Source of the DNA: Chrysomallon squamiferum
Taxonomy: Eukaryota > Animalia > Mollusca
Length of the DNA: 64,000 bases
Direction: 5' to 3'
NCBI GenBank assembly: GCA_012295275.1
Contig: CM022670.1
Coordinates: 38,688,001 to 38,752,000 of the forward strand
How positions within the stretch are numbered: position 1 is the first letter of the stretch; each line of letters begins with the position of its first letter. Below the pieces are notes generated by a model that saw only the letters and a program-made list of their open reading frames with translations, did no database searches and was not told the DNA's origin. A program made the position numbers and the translations under genes. This document shows, in pieces, positions 40,740 to 53,308 of this stretch.

Positions 40740-41686
40740 ATGGTTAACCATACAGATTCGTCTATTGAATCACTGGTTGATATGCGTGTGTTTAACATCT
40801 TCATTTTAATTTCGAGTTTGTTACTCATTGCCGTTTCAGTCTTAGGAAATGTCTTGACAGTAACTGCAATCTGTCGATTTAGTTACTTGAGATACCCCAG
40901 CAACGTCATGATAGGGGCTTTGGCCATATGCGACACGATGACGGCTTCTGTATTCACGCCAATGATTTTAGTAAGAGCACTGGATCCTGTCGTTTTCACT
41001 AAGAGAACATCATGTGTGATTATGGTATTCTTTGGACAAAGTATTGCACATGGGAGTATTGTATTCCTTGCGCTTATGTCTTTAGAAAGATTTTGTGCCG
41101 TTCAGTTCCCGTTTTTCTATTATGCACATGTAACCGTGAAACGTAATACGATTTTAGTTATTTGTACTGGCTGGCAATAATAATCCTGAACTTGCCTGCG
41201 ATATCCGGAATCGACTTCTGGGACCAGATCTTGCTTTGCTACACTCCAAACCTCTACCCCAAAGCCTACACTACGGTTATGGTCATTACTGCTCTAACCG
41301 CTCAGCTTGTAGGTTTTTTGGCTTTCGTTCGAGTGTTGGTAGCAGAACTCTATTTCAGACGTCAAAATAGAAACGTGCAGGCTTCGGACACGGAAAAACA
41401 AGCCTCGATAAATTCCACGGTGATGATTTCTGCGTACGGGATATCGCTGTGTCTTTACCTTCCCCATATTTTGTACTACATGCTTGGTGCAATTACAAAC
41501 ACATCATATAGTCACATTATACTGGGGCTTATTCAACTGCTCGATCTGGTCAACACGACGGTAAACTGTTTTATTTACGGGTGGAAAAACAGTAAATTCA
41601 GAGAGGCTTACAAGACTCTGCTGTCCTGTAGTAACAGATTTCGTGTACAACCTGACAATTCCATCACACAAACTGCGACTGCTTGA
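40740..41686 (+). CDS. Class A orphan GPCR, copy 5 (1-nt deletion at ~41171)
   Basis: ACTGGCTGGCA here versus ACTGGCATGGCA in copy 6. The two ORF halves join into a 315-aa 7TM. Confidence 0.9.
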
Positions 41687-42264
41687 ACGTCACAGTCACA
41701 TTTTCTCGAATGTTCATTTATCATCTGTAAAGAAATTCTCAGAAACATCACTGAACAATAACTGATTATCACTGAGGCACTATCACTCGGATACACCCAC
41801 GTTTGGTTAAAATACATTTACACATTTCACTTTCAACTGGAAAACTGTTTTTAACTGATGTGTCAGTTAATTCCAGCGTCTGATTTCACTCTGAATGTCA
41901 CGAATGGTCGTTTATTTAAAAGAAACAAATCAAATTGTTAATCTGTTTACTTAAATATTTGTGCGTTTATGTGCTTAAATAATATTACGTGTGTAATGAA
42001 TTCTTACTTAATAATTATTTTGCTTAACTATAATAACAGTTTTCATAGGAAAAGCAACAAATATTTTATTACTATTTTGTTTTTGTTTTGTTTTTTTTGT
42101 CATCATCATCATCATCATCATCATCATCAACAAGGTCATAATAATAGAAATGTATCATAACAGTAGCATTCTAAAAGTAGCCCTTTCAATATTTTCAAGA
42201 TAATTTTGAACCAAAGTTATTCAAAAGTAACAAGTATTCTTTACAGCAACATTTTCTTTTAAAC

Positions 42265-42301
<37 letters not shown>

Positions 42302-42766
42302 AAATTACAGATCAAACGTGTACGAATTAATCTTTATAAAGAAGTTATGAAAAATCTAGTGTGTAAAATTTTAGAATAAAATTATGACAAAGATGACTTA
42401 TTATTTTCAAAGTTCATTATAACGGAGTGTAGCATTTTTTTCTGATTAATTTGGTATCTTCAATTTGTAAACAGAAATTTAATTGATTCATGTCTAATAT
42501 TTTTTTAGTTCATTTATGAATCAGATTGACCTGTGTTAGTTACTATATTTTTTGATGTCATATAATTAGTATGTAATAAAGATATACTCATTGTCTTTGA
42601 TGTTTATATATTTTCATTACCCGTAATTATATATATCTAAAATACAAGTAATACTTTAGGTATAGTGTTGTTTTATACTTCTCTTTGTGTTTGTTTTCCT
42701 GAATCTCTGTGGATGGTCTTTTAAATTGAAAAAATAAATAAGTAACAGATGACGATAAAGAACGAG

Positions 42767-42873
<107 letters not shown>

Positions 42874-43576
42874 CATACAGATGAAGACGATGATACTAGT
42901 GTAAACAGTTATGACTACGAAGAGGACAGATTAATCAGAATGCAGGGATATAATAGATCATAAATTTGACTGTATTTTTATCATTTACAAATATTTTTGC
43001 GTACAGTTTTGCATATCTGAGCTTTTCTTCCCCACCTGACTACTACTACTATTACTACTATTATACTAGAACGGCTACTACTAATATTACTGCTACTACT
43101 ACTTCTACTAATTCTACTATCACCACCACCACCACCACAAATACTACCAATATTATCATTTATATATGTACTGAATATAATAGATTTAGTACAATATAGC
43201 CCTTACAACTATATTTTCTTTAGTTACAACGCCATAGCTCCATTAGTTCAAATTCATATATATATATATATATATATAGTGGGTTTTTCATATATTGTTT
43301 CGATTTTATATTCACAACTAACGGATTGTCTTTTATGGATTGGAATACTAAATCATGTCTGTGATTATTATCTAAACTCCAGATGCGTATATTGTTTTAG
43401 CTTAGATATTGATTCATTTTCTACGAACGCCCATTATAGTAATATCTTCCATCGAATCATAAAGAGATACATATATTTTTATCCAGTCATAAGCAACTTT
43501 TTCACTATGCTTGTTACCTAGGTATTTTATAAAACGACTGGGAATTAAAAGGTAGTGGACAATTTAGAATGAGACA

Positions 43577-44524
43577 ATGGTTAACCATACAGACTCGTCT
43601 ACTGAACCACTGGTTGATATGCGTGTGTTTAACGTCTTCATTCTAATTTTGAGTTTGTTACTCATTGCCGTTTCAGTCTTAGGAAATGTCTTGACAGTAA
43701 CTGCAATCTGTCGATTTAGTTACTTGAGATACCCCAGCAACGTCATGATAGGGGCTTTGGCCATATGCGACACGATGACGGCTTCTGTATTCACGCCAAT
43801 TGTTTTAGTAAGAGAACTGGATCCTGTCGTTTTCACTAAGAGAACATCATGTGTGATTGTGCTGTTCTTTGGACAAATTATTGCACATGGGAGTATTGTA
43901 TTCCTTGCGCTTATGTCTTTAGAAAGATTTTGTGCCGTTCAGTTCCCGTTTTTCTATTATGCACATGTAACAGTGAAACGTAATATGATTTTAGTTATTT
44001 GTACTGGCATGGCAGTAATAATCCTGAACTTGCCTGCGATATCCGGAATCGACTTCTGGGACCAGATCTTGCTTTGCTATGCTCCAAACCTCTACCCCAA
44101 AGGCTACACTACGGTTATTGTCATTACTGCTCTAACCGCTCAGCTTGTAGGCTTTTTGGCTTTCGTTCGAGTGTTGGTAGCAGAACTCTATTTCAGACGT
44201 CAAAATAGAAACGTGCAGGCTTCGGACACGGAAAAACAAGCGTCGATAAATTCCACGGTGATGATTTCTGCGTACGGGATATCGCTGTGTCTTTACCTTC
44301 CGCATATTTTCTACTACATGCTTGCTACAATTACAAACACATCATATAGTCACATTATACTGGCGCTCATTCAACTGCTCGATCTGGTCAACACGACGGT
44401 AAACTGTTTTATTTACGGGTGGAAGAACAGTAAATTCAGAGAGGCTTACAAGACACTGCTGTCCTGTGGTAACAGGTTTCGTGTACAACCTCACAATTCC
44501 ATCACACCAACTGCGACTGCTTGA
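43577..44524 (+). CDS. Class A orphan GPCR, copy 6, intact 315 aa
   Basis: Complete ORF with NHT sequon, GN, LAICD, SLERFC, CLYLP, VNCFIYGWKNSKFREAY. Confidence 0.95.
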   Translation: MVNHTDSSTEPLVDMRVFNVFILILSLLLIAVSVLGNVLTVTAICRFSYLRYPSNVMIGALAICDTMTASVFTPIVLVRELDPVVFTKRTSCVIVLFFGQIIAHGSIVFLALMSLERFCAVQFPFFYYAHVTVKRNMILVICTGMAVIILNLPAISGIDFWDQILLCYAPNLYPKGYTTVIVITALTAQLVGFLAFVRVLVAELYFRRQNRNVQASDTEKQASINSTVMISAYGISLCLYLPHIFYYMLATITNTSYSHIILALIQLLDLVNTTVNCFIYGWKNSKFREAYKTLLSCGNRFRVQPHNSITPTATA

Positions 44525-45351
44525 CCGCCACAGTTACATTTTCTAAAACGTTCATTTATCATCTGTTATGAAATTCTCGGAAATATCACTGTCAAAACGT
44601 TCTATTTGAACAATAACTGTTTCTCACTGAGGTACTATCACTGAGATACACCGACGTTTAGTTATTATACATTTACACATTTCAGTTTGAACTGGGAAAG
44701 TGTTTTTAAGTGATGGATCAGTTTAGTATGTAATAAAGATATACACAGTTTCTTTTATATTTATTGATTTTCATTCCGTGTAATTATATATATAAAAAAG
44801 AAAAGATAAAAGTAATGTATAATAGTTTAGATCTAGTGTTGTTTTATACTTCTCTTTGTGTTTGTTTTTCAAAATCTCTGCGTTAATGGCTTAAAAGGAA
44901 AAAAGGAAATAAGTAACAGATCGCGATAAAGATATTAACTATTTGCAAAACCTCGTTAAGGAAGTTGCAAATTTCCTATTAAAGCACAAAGAAGAAGAAG
45001 AAGAAGAAGAAATAGAAGAAATAGAAGAGAGAGTATTTCGATCTTTTACACAGCAGTAATAGAGTGTGTACATTGAAAATGGAGACACCTTAAACGTAGT
45101 ATTAAAAAAATGTGTTTGTGAGAGAGTTAACTGAAATGTAGGTATAATACATTTAATGAAAAATCTGTATGTTTTGTTTTAAGTGAAACTCAATTACATT
45201 TTGACACATTTTGAAATTAATCCTGTTTTTAAGTCTTCGGTGTATTCGGATAAAGTATCGAATAAAATAGAAGCACGCCGTTAAAGTTTCTTTTTATGAG
45301 TTTTATCCCAGTAGTAACTTGATTTGTAGCAGACGACGACAATAATAATAA

Positions 45352-45382
<31 letters not shown>

Positions 45383-45514
45383 AAGAAGAAGAAGAAGAAG
45401 AAGAAGAAAGAAACATACACTAGCAGAATTCGTGATTGATATGTATAAAGTATGAATAGTATTATTGTTGTAAGAAATTTCATTCAAAGATAATGTTAAT
45501 AAACGTCTAAATTT

Positions 45515-45715
45515 ATCTTGGAATCTGGTCAAACTGGTCCAGATCTGGAATCCAACGCGCCGGAGTCTACCGAAATTAACCGAGGGATTTCGACGACATT
45601 ATGACGTTAGTAATAGACAAACGTCACTAAGGACAGGCACTGTTTTTGCAGCGTGCGTAGTATTCGCTTGTTCAGAATTTCGAATAATCGAGGTATGAAC
45701 TTATTAGTTTTTAAA
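45515..45715 (+). promoter_or_regulatory. Conserved CRE-like block upstream of GPCR copy 7
   Basis: Homolog of 39625-39810, ending in donor-like GAG|GTATGA at ~45693. Confidence 0.5.
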
Positions 45716-45927
45716 ATAACACAATGCTAGACATTTTTCATGGAACTGCAGTTCACAGCAAATATATTTCAGTTTTTAAACAAAACATTAATTGCACAGT
45801 ACATCATAAATTAATATTATTATTATTTAATCGTCTTTAATCTGCATTTTTTAAGGATAATAATTATGATTTTATTACCATCATTATGTTTATAATATAA
45901 ATATCAATTATATATTTTTTTTCTTTC

Positions 45928-45990
<63 letters not shown>

Positions 45991-47354
45991 AATGAAATTA
46001 AATAGTTATGTGTGTGTTAGACCGAACGCACATTTTTCGTTATTAACTTTCCATTTTATTTGTTTGCTTAGTTGATAGTTATTATTATTATTGCTGCTGT
46101 CTTTGTTGTTGTGATTATTATTATTATTATTATCATCATAATCATTATCATTATCATCATTGTTGTTGTTGAAGGTACCGAAACCCCACAGCCTTTGAAG
46201 TATGAAAAATGAAAAAAATAATTTTTACAAGATAATTAGAATATGTAATGACGTAGATACTGACAATGACAAGTTTATAATTAAACTGTGATTGTCCAAT
46301 AAATTAGCTTTGTTTTTAATTACCATCTCTTCCGATGGATCCTATCATCTTCGGTTTAGTTTTTTAATTAGCAATTTGTTCTTAATCAAACTGAACAACA
46401 AAATACGTTCAGAGAAAGCCAGTAAACAGTACATAATAAAGACAGAATAGAAATAGTATCTTTGTTTTAATATTTCTAAAATAATAGCGTTACACTTAAT
46501 AATGGGCGATAACTAACACATTTTTAAATTTTAAGGATGTAAAATGGACAATTTTCTGCAGTGAAAGGGGCAACAACAACAACAACAGCAGTAATAATAA
46601 TAAAAATAGTAATACTTCCTGTCATACAGACGAAGTTAGATTAATCAGAATGCACAAATATAATACGCCATAGATTTCACTCTATTTTTATCATTTAAAA
46701 ATATTTTTGTTTATCTGAATTTTTCTTCACCGACCTTACTGCTTCTACTACTACTAGTACTGTTGCCACTACAACTACTAGTACCATCACTATTACACTG
46801 CAATTGCTGCTACTACTACTAGTAGTTCTACAATCACCACCACCTCAACAACTACAACAACTGCTGCTACTACTGCAGTTATGGATGGAATATATTTATA
46901 TATACTGAAGATAATAGATTCATTGCAGTGTAAACGTTACAACTCTGTTTTCTTTAGTCGCAACAACATCATAGCTTCATTAACTCAAATTCATGTATAA
47001 AAAATAAATAAAAATATAAATATATAAATATATAAATATATAAATAAATAAATAAATAATCGGTTTCAGATATTGTTTTTATTTTATATTCACAAATAAC
47101 CAATCTTCTTTTATGGATTGGAATACTAAATTATCTCTATGATCATTATCTAAACTCCACATGCTTATATTCTTTTCTCTAAAATATTGATAATTTTTAA
47201 AACAACGCCCATTATAGTAATATCTTCCATCGAATCATAAAGAGATACATATATTTTTATCCAGTCATAAGCAACATTTTCACTACGCTTGTTAACCTGG
47301 TACTTTATAAAACGATTCAACATTAAAACGTAGCGGACAACTGAGAATGAGACA

Positions 47355-48302
47355 ATGGTTAACCATACAGACTCGTCTACTGAACCACTGGTTGATATGC
47401 GTGTGTTTAACGTCTTCATTCTAATTTTGAGTTTGTTACTCATTGCCGTTTCAGTCGTAGGAAATGTCTTGACAGTAACTGCAATCTGTCGATTTAGTTA
47501 CTTGAGATACCCCAGCAACGTCATGATAGGGGCTTTGGCCATATGCGACACGATGACGGCTTCTGTATTCACGCCAATTGTTTTAGTAAGAACACTGGAT
47601 CCTGTCGTTTTCACTAAGAGAACATCATGTGTGATTGTGCTGTTCTTTGGACAAATTATTGTACATGGGAGTATTGTATTCCTTGCGCTTATGTCCTTAG
47701 AAAGATTTTGTGCCGTTCAGTTCCCGTTTTTCTATTATGCACATGTAACTGTGAAACGTAATATGATTTTAGTTATTTGTACTGGCATGGTAGTAATAAT
47801 CCTGAACTTGCCTGCGATATCCGGAATCGACTTCTGGGACCAGATCTTGCTTTGCTACACTCCAAACCTCTACCCCAAAGCCTACATTACGGTTATGGTC
47901 ATTACTGCTCTAACCGCTCAGCTTGTAGGCTTTTTGGCTTTCGTTCGAGTGTTGGTAGCAGAACTCTATTTCAGACGTCAAAATAGAAACGTGCAGGCTT
48001 CGGACACGGAAAAACAAGCGTCGATAAATTCCACGGTGATGATTTCTGCGTACGGGATATCGCTGTGTCTTTACCTTCCGCATATTTTGTACTACATGCT
48101 TGCTGCAATTACAAACACATCATATAATCACATTATACTGGCGATCATTCAACTACTCGATCTGGTCAACACGACGGTAAACTGTTTTATTTACGGGTGG
48201 AAGAACAGTAAATTCAGAGAGGCTTACAAGACACTGCTGTCCTGTGGTAACAGGTTTCGTGTACAATCTCACAATTCCATCACACCAACTGCGACTGCTT
48301 GA
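47355..48302 (+). CDS. Class A orphan GPCR, copy 7, intact 315 aa
   Basis: Complete ORF, near-identical to copy 6, with the same 7TM motifs. Confidence 0.95.
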   Translation: MVNHTDSSTEPLVDMRVFNVFILILSLLLIAVSVVGNVLTVTAICRFSYLRYPSNVMIGALAICDTMTASVFTPIVLVRTLDPVVFTKRTSCVIVLFFGQIIVHGSIVFLALMSLERFCAVQFPFFYYAHVTVKRNMILVICTGMVVIILNLPAISGIDFWDQILLCYTPNLYPKAYITVMVITALTAQLVGFLAFVRVLVAELYFRRQNRNVQASDTEKQASINSTVMISAYGISLCLYLPHILYYMLAAITNTSYNHIILAIIQLLDLVNTTVNCFIYGWKNSKFREAYKTLLSCGNRFRVQSHNSITPTATA

Positions 48303-48709
48303 CCGTCACAGTCATATTTTCTCAAACGTTCATTTATCATCTGTTATGAAATTCTCGGAAACATCACTGTCAAAACGTTTTGTTTGAACAATAACTGTTT
48401 CTCACTGAGGCACTATCACTAGGATACACCCATGTTCAGTTATTATACATTTACACATTTCAGTTTGAGCTGGAAAACTGTTTTTAAGTGATAGATCTGT
48501 TTAATATGTAATAAAGATTTACTCAGTGTCTTTTATAATTATATATTTTCATTCCCTGTATTGATATATAAAAAAAAGATAATAGTAAGGTATAATAATT
48601 TCGGTTTAGTGTTGTTTTATACTTCTCTTTGTGTTTGTTTTTCTAAATATCTGTGTTAATGGCGTAAAAGGAAAAAAGTAAATAAGTAACAGATCACGAT
48701 AAAGATATT

Positions 48710-48802
<93 letters not shown>

Positions 48803-49080
48803 CGATCTTTTACACAGCAGTAATAGACTGTGTACATTGAAAATGGAGATACCTTAAACGTAGTATTAAAAAAATGTGTGTGTGAGAGAGATAACTGAAA
48901 TGTACGTATAATACATTTAATGAAAAATCTGTATGTTTTGTTTTAAATTAATCCTGTATTTTAGTCTTGAGTATATTCGGATAAAATATTGATTGAAACA
49001 GACGAAGGCTGTTCTATCCCAGTAGTAACTTGATTTGTTAATAATAATAACAATAATTAGAATAATAATAATAATAACAA

Positions 49081-49111
<31 letters not shown>

Positions 49112-49948
49112 AAGAAGAAGAAGAAGAAGAAGAAGAAGAAGAAGAAGAAAGAAAGAAAGAAAGAAACATATACTAGCAGAATTCATGATTGATATATATA
49201 TATATATCTATATATACACAGTATGAATATTATTATTCTTGTTGTTATTGCTGTTGTTGTAAGTTATTTATTTCAAAGAAAGAAAGAAACATATACTAGC
49301 AGAATTCATGATTGATACATATATATATTCAGTATGAATATTATTATTCTTGTTGTTATTACTGTTGTTGTAAGTTATTTATTTCAAAGCTCATCTAAAT
49401 TTATCTTGGATTCGGGTCGAGCTGGTCCAGATCCTGAATCCAACCCGCCGGAGTCTACCGAAATTAACCGAGGGGTTTCAATGACGTTATGACGTCAATA
49501 ATAGACAAAAGTCACTAAGGACTGGCAAAGTTTCTGCAGCGTGAGAAGAATTCGCTTGTTCAGAATTTCGAATAATCGAGGTAAGAACGTTTTATTTTTT
49601 AAACTGACAGTACACTGTGTTAGGTATTATAAACTGTACATATCATCAGAATGATTAAAATCGTCTGTCGAGTTTATGACAAATAGAAAAGAAGAACAAA
49701 ATATATATAAAAAAAAAAATATGCAAAGAAATAAAAAACGACAGACATTTTTAATGGAACTGCAGTTAACAACAAATATATTTCAGTTTTTAAACTAAAT
49801 ATTAATTGCACAATACATTATAAATTATTATTATTATAATTATTTAATTGTCCTTAATCTGCATTTCTTAAGGATAATAATTATGATTTTATTACCATCA
49901 TTATGTTTCTGGCGTCAATTTCAATTTTATATATTTTTTTGTTCTTTC

Positions 49949-50004
<56 letters not shown>

Positions 50005-50720
50005 ATAAAATTAAATAGTTCTCTGTATGTTAGGCCGAACACATATATTTCGTTATTAACTTTCCATTTTATTTGTTTGCTTTGTTGATAGTTATCATTT
50101 TTATTGTTGCTGTCGTTTTTGTTATCATCATCATCATTGTTGATCTTGAAGCTAAAAAACTAAAAATGAAAAAGAAATAATGTTTACAAGATAATTATAA
50201 TAACAAAAGATGTAGTTACTGAGGATGACAAGTTTATAATTAAACTGTGATTGTCCAGTAAATTAGCTTTGTTTTTAATGACCATCCTTTCCCATTGATC
50301 CTATCATCTTCAGTTTACTTTTTTAATTAGCAATTTGTTCTTAATCAAACCGAAAACAAAATACGTTTAGAGAAAGCCAGTAAAGAGTACATAATTAAGA
50401 CAGAAAAGAAATGGTATTTTTGCTTTAATATTTCTGAAATAATAGCGTTTCACTTAATAAGGGGCGATAACCAACACATTTTTAAATATTAAGGATCTAA
50501 ACTAGATAGTTACGTCCCATGAATGTAACAACAAAACAACAACAACAACAACAATAATAAAAATACTTTTGGTCATACAGATGAGAACAGTTATGAATAC
50601 GATTAGAATAGATTAACCAGACTGCAGAGGCATAATACGTTATAGATTTCACTGTCTTTCTTTTTTATATCGTTTACAAATAGTTTTGTGAAAATTTTCA
50701 TTTCTGAACTTTTGTTTTAT
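48303..50720 (+). repeat. Partial eighth repeat unit: intergenic spacer without receptor CDS
   Basis: Collinear with 44525-46730, including the (GAA)n, CRE block, (TG)n and GGTCATACAG segments. Homology ends at the (CT)n tract at ~50725. Confidence 0.85.
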
Positions 50721-50721
50721 C

Positions 50722-50806
<85 letters not shown>

Positions 50807-51803
50807 ACTTCCCCGTGGTTTTATTTGAAGATGGTGTGTACAAACACTCAACTCATTAAAGCAGAGAGCAGCGCATCAAAGACACGGACTGGGTCTGATG
50901 TACATTTAAAAAGTGAACTGCTGTAGGTCCCACGGCGGGAATCTGACCCAACTAATGATCGAACTCGCACGTGCGTTCTGTGTATCGAGTATTAAATTCC
51001 GCCGTCAGTCGCCGAGCACCGCCGCATCAATCGGCGGGGTCTGTCGATCGTCTTTGAATGAAAACCACTTTGAGAGAAATCCGTTTCCCAATCGAAAGGT
51101 TATCCAGATCCGTTTCCTTCCTTCCCGCTCTCTTAGACAAGGAAAACGGATAGCGGGCCGCGTCGCAATCGCCGAATCCGACCTCGTATTCGTTTCACGT
51201 CTGTTTTTCCTGTATCTCGAACGCTGGTGGAAAAACAGTATCGTCTTTCTGGCGACTTCGTTTTTTTTTTCTTAAAACGAAGTCGTCATCGGTCGGTGAG
51301 GCAACTTCGGGCTCTCGCCACGCCCTCTGGTGAGCGTTTTTGGGACGGGCAGAAGTGGCTGCCCCGCGAACAAACAATGGCTTTTTTTTTTTTTTATCTG
51401 AGCTGTGATCTTTCTGTTCTGTTGTTCAAAGAGCCTTTGATAAACATTGCATTTCTGAAAAAAGATGCCAACTTACGCAGGTGCCTAACCATCAGTAAAC
51501 TTGTTATGCGTACTGGTGGCGGTAACGAGATATGTTTGGGCTAAACGGAAAATAAATAAATAATTTTCAATACAAAAGACCACCAGAACTTCCAGCTTGT
51601 TTATATAAATAAACCAACAAAATTAGATTTAGGCAAATTTTTAAAATATTTGTGGTTTTTTTTGTTGTTTTTTTGTTGCTCTGATGTACACTTATCCGTA
51701 TACAGCAATAGACAGTGATGAAAATCATTTGAAATTTATTTTCATTTAATTTATGTGTTTATACTCTCAAACATGTGTTATTTGTTTTACCGTTTAGCCA
51801 CAA

Positions 51804-51900
<97 letters not shown>

Positions 51901-52966
51901 CCTTATTTGTTCCCAAAATATTGTTTTGAGAATTTATGTCCTTATTTATTTATCTGACATAAATTTTTTTTAAAAAAAATTTTAGTTTTTTCTTGTTCGT
52001 ACTCACAAGGTGATCTAAAGTTTTAATTAATACTTCTTTAAAAGTTTAACACATATAAGCATAATTAACAACAACAACAACAATTTATTCAAAAGAAGAA
52101 GAAACATTATCCTCAACTCAGATATTATACCTATTTACAACCTCGTTTTGATGTGCTTTTCTTGGTGTTGTTTATTTTCATTCACTGTTATCGGCAGTAA
52201 ATAACATAGTTATCACCTCCATTACCGGAAGTGAGATCGAGGAGGAATTCTGGGCGGCGATACAATCGAAGGAAATGCATGAAAAACAGGGGGAAAAAAA
52301 TAAAATGTACAGCAAAGAAACAAAAACCCCTCAGTCCTCACTGGCATTTTGTATCGTAACGAGATCGCCGTTTTAATGGATTTTGTTTCAGTGAAACTTG
52401 GACTGAACATCCTATAACGAAATGTCGTCGTTTCTGGCCGCCCTTTGTCGAGTGAGTCGCGTCTCCCGAGATTTGAAACACTTTCGCCTCCAGAGCTGCA
52501 TTCTTAGACAGAGTTTGAAAATAGCTGAGAGTTTGTGTTAAAAGTCTGGGGTGTTTTTACGTACCCCTCGTGGCTGTCCCCGAGGGCAGCAATCCTGAAA
52601 CAATTGGCACATGTTTCAACAATCACACACGGGAGAGAAGCTGAAGACATTTGATGTTTGGCTTTCACCTCTTCCATGTTGCCAGTTGTGTGGTAGTACT
52701 GTTACGTACCAAAGAGAATTTATAAAAATAATTTTTAAAAAAAGAAAAGAAAAAGAAATAAAAAATAAAAAAATGTAAAAGAAAAAGGTTATAATACTTT
52801 TCGTGAGTTGATTTCAGTAGATTTGTGTTTGTAATAAACTTTAATTTGTTTGTAAAAAAAAAAAAAAAATCTCTCATTTAGCGAGTAATTCTCAACGACT
52901 GTTTTTGGTTATTCCTTTTGATGTAAAATTTAAATATGTATTATTAGATTATTTGAATAGTTAGAC

Positions 52967-53308
52967 GAAATGATTTAATAACCTGCGAATTATATCACAG
53001 GAGATAATAATTTGATTATTTTATTTTAAGCATTATTCTTTTTTTTATCCTTTTTTTTCAACTTCAAAACAGTGTAGTGGTAATCGCTCTCAGAAATTTG
53101 TTTACCAATCATGGAAACCTTTTTACTGAAATGATTTAATAACTTGCGAATTATAACACAAGAGATAATAATTTGATTATTTTATTTTAAACATTATTCT
53201 TTTTTTTATCTTTATTTTTATCTTCTTTTTTTTTTTCAACTTCAAAATAGTGTAGTGGTAATCGCTCTCAGAAATTTGTTTACCAATCGGGGAAACCTTT
53301 TTATTGAA
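52967..53308. repeat. Two-copy tandem repeat, ~160-180 bp unit
   Basis: GAAATGATTTAATAAC.TGCGAATTATA...GTGTAGTGGTAATCGCTCTCAGAAATTTGTTTACCAATC..GGAAACCTTTTTA occurs at 52967 and 53128. Confidence 0.9.

Noticed and set aside
49161-49389. ~115-bp local tandem duplication
   Set aside because: Real but ordinary slippage duplication next to (GAA)n; single copy in the paralogous spacer.
50900-51520. Telomerase RNA, 7SK, SRP, RNase P/MRP or hammerhead identity for the structured island
   Set aside because: No CCCTAA-type template, no 7SK GATC-paired 5' stem, and no SRP helix-8, P4 or CUGANGA/GAAA cores found by eye.
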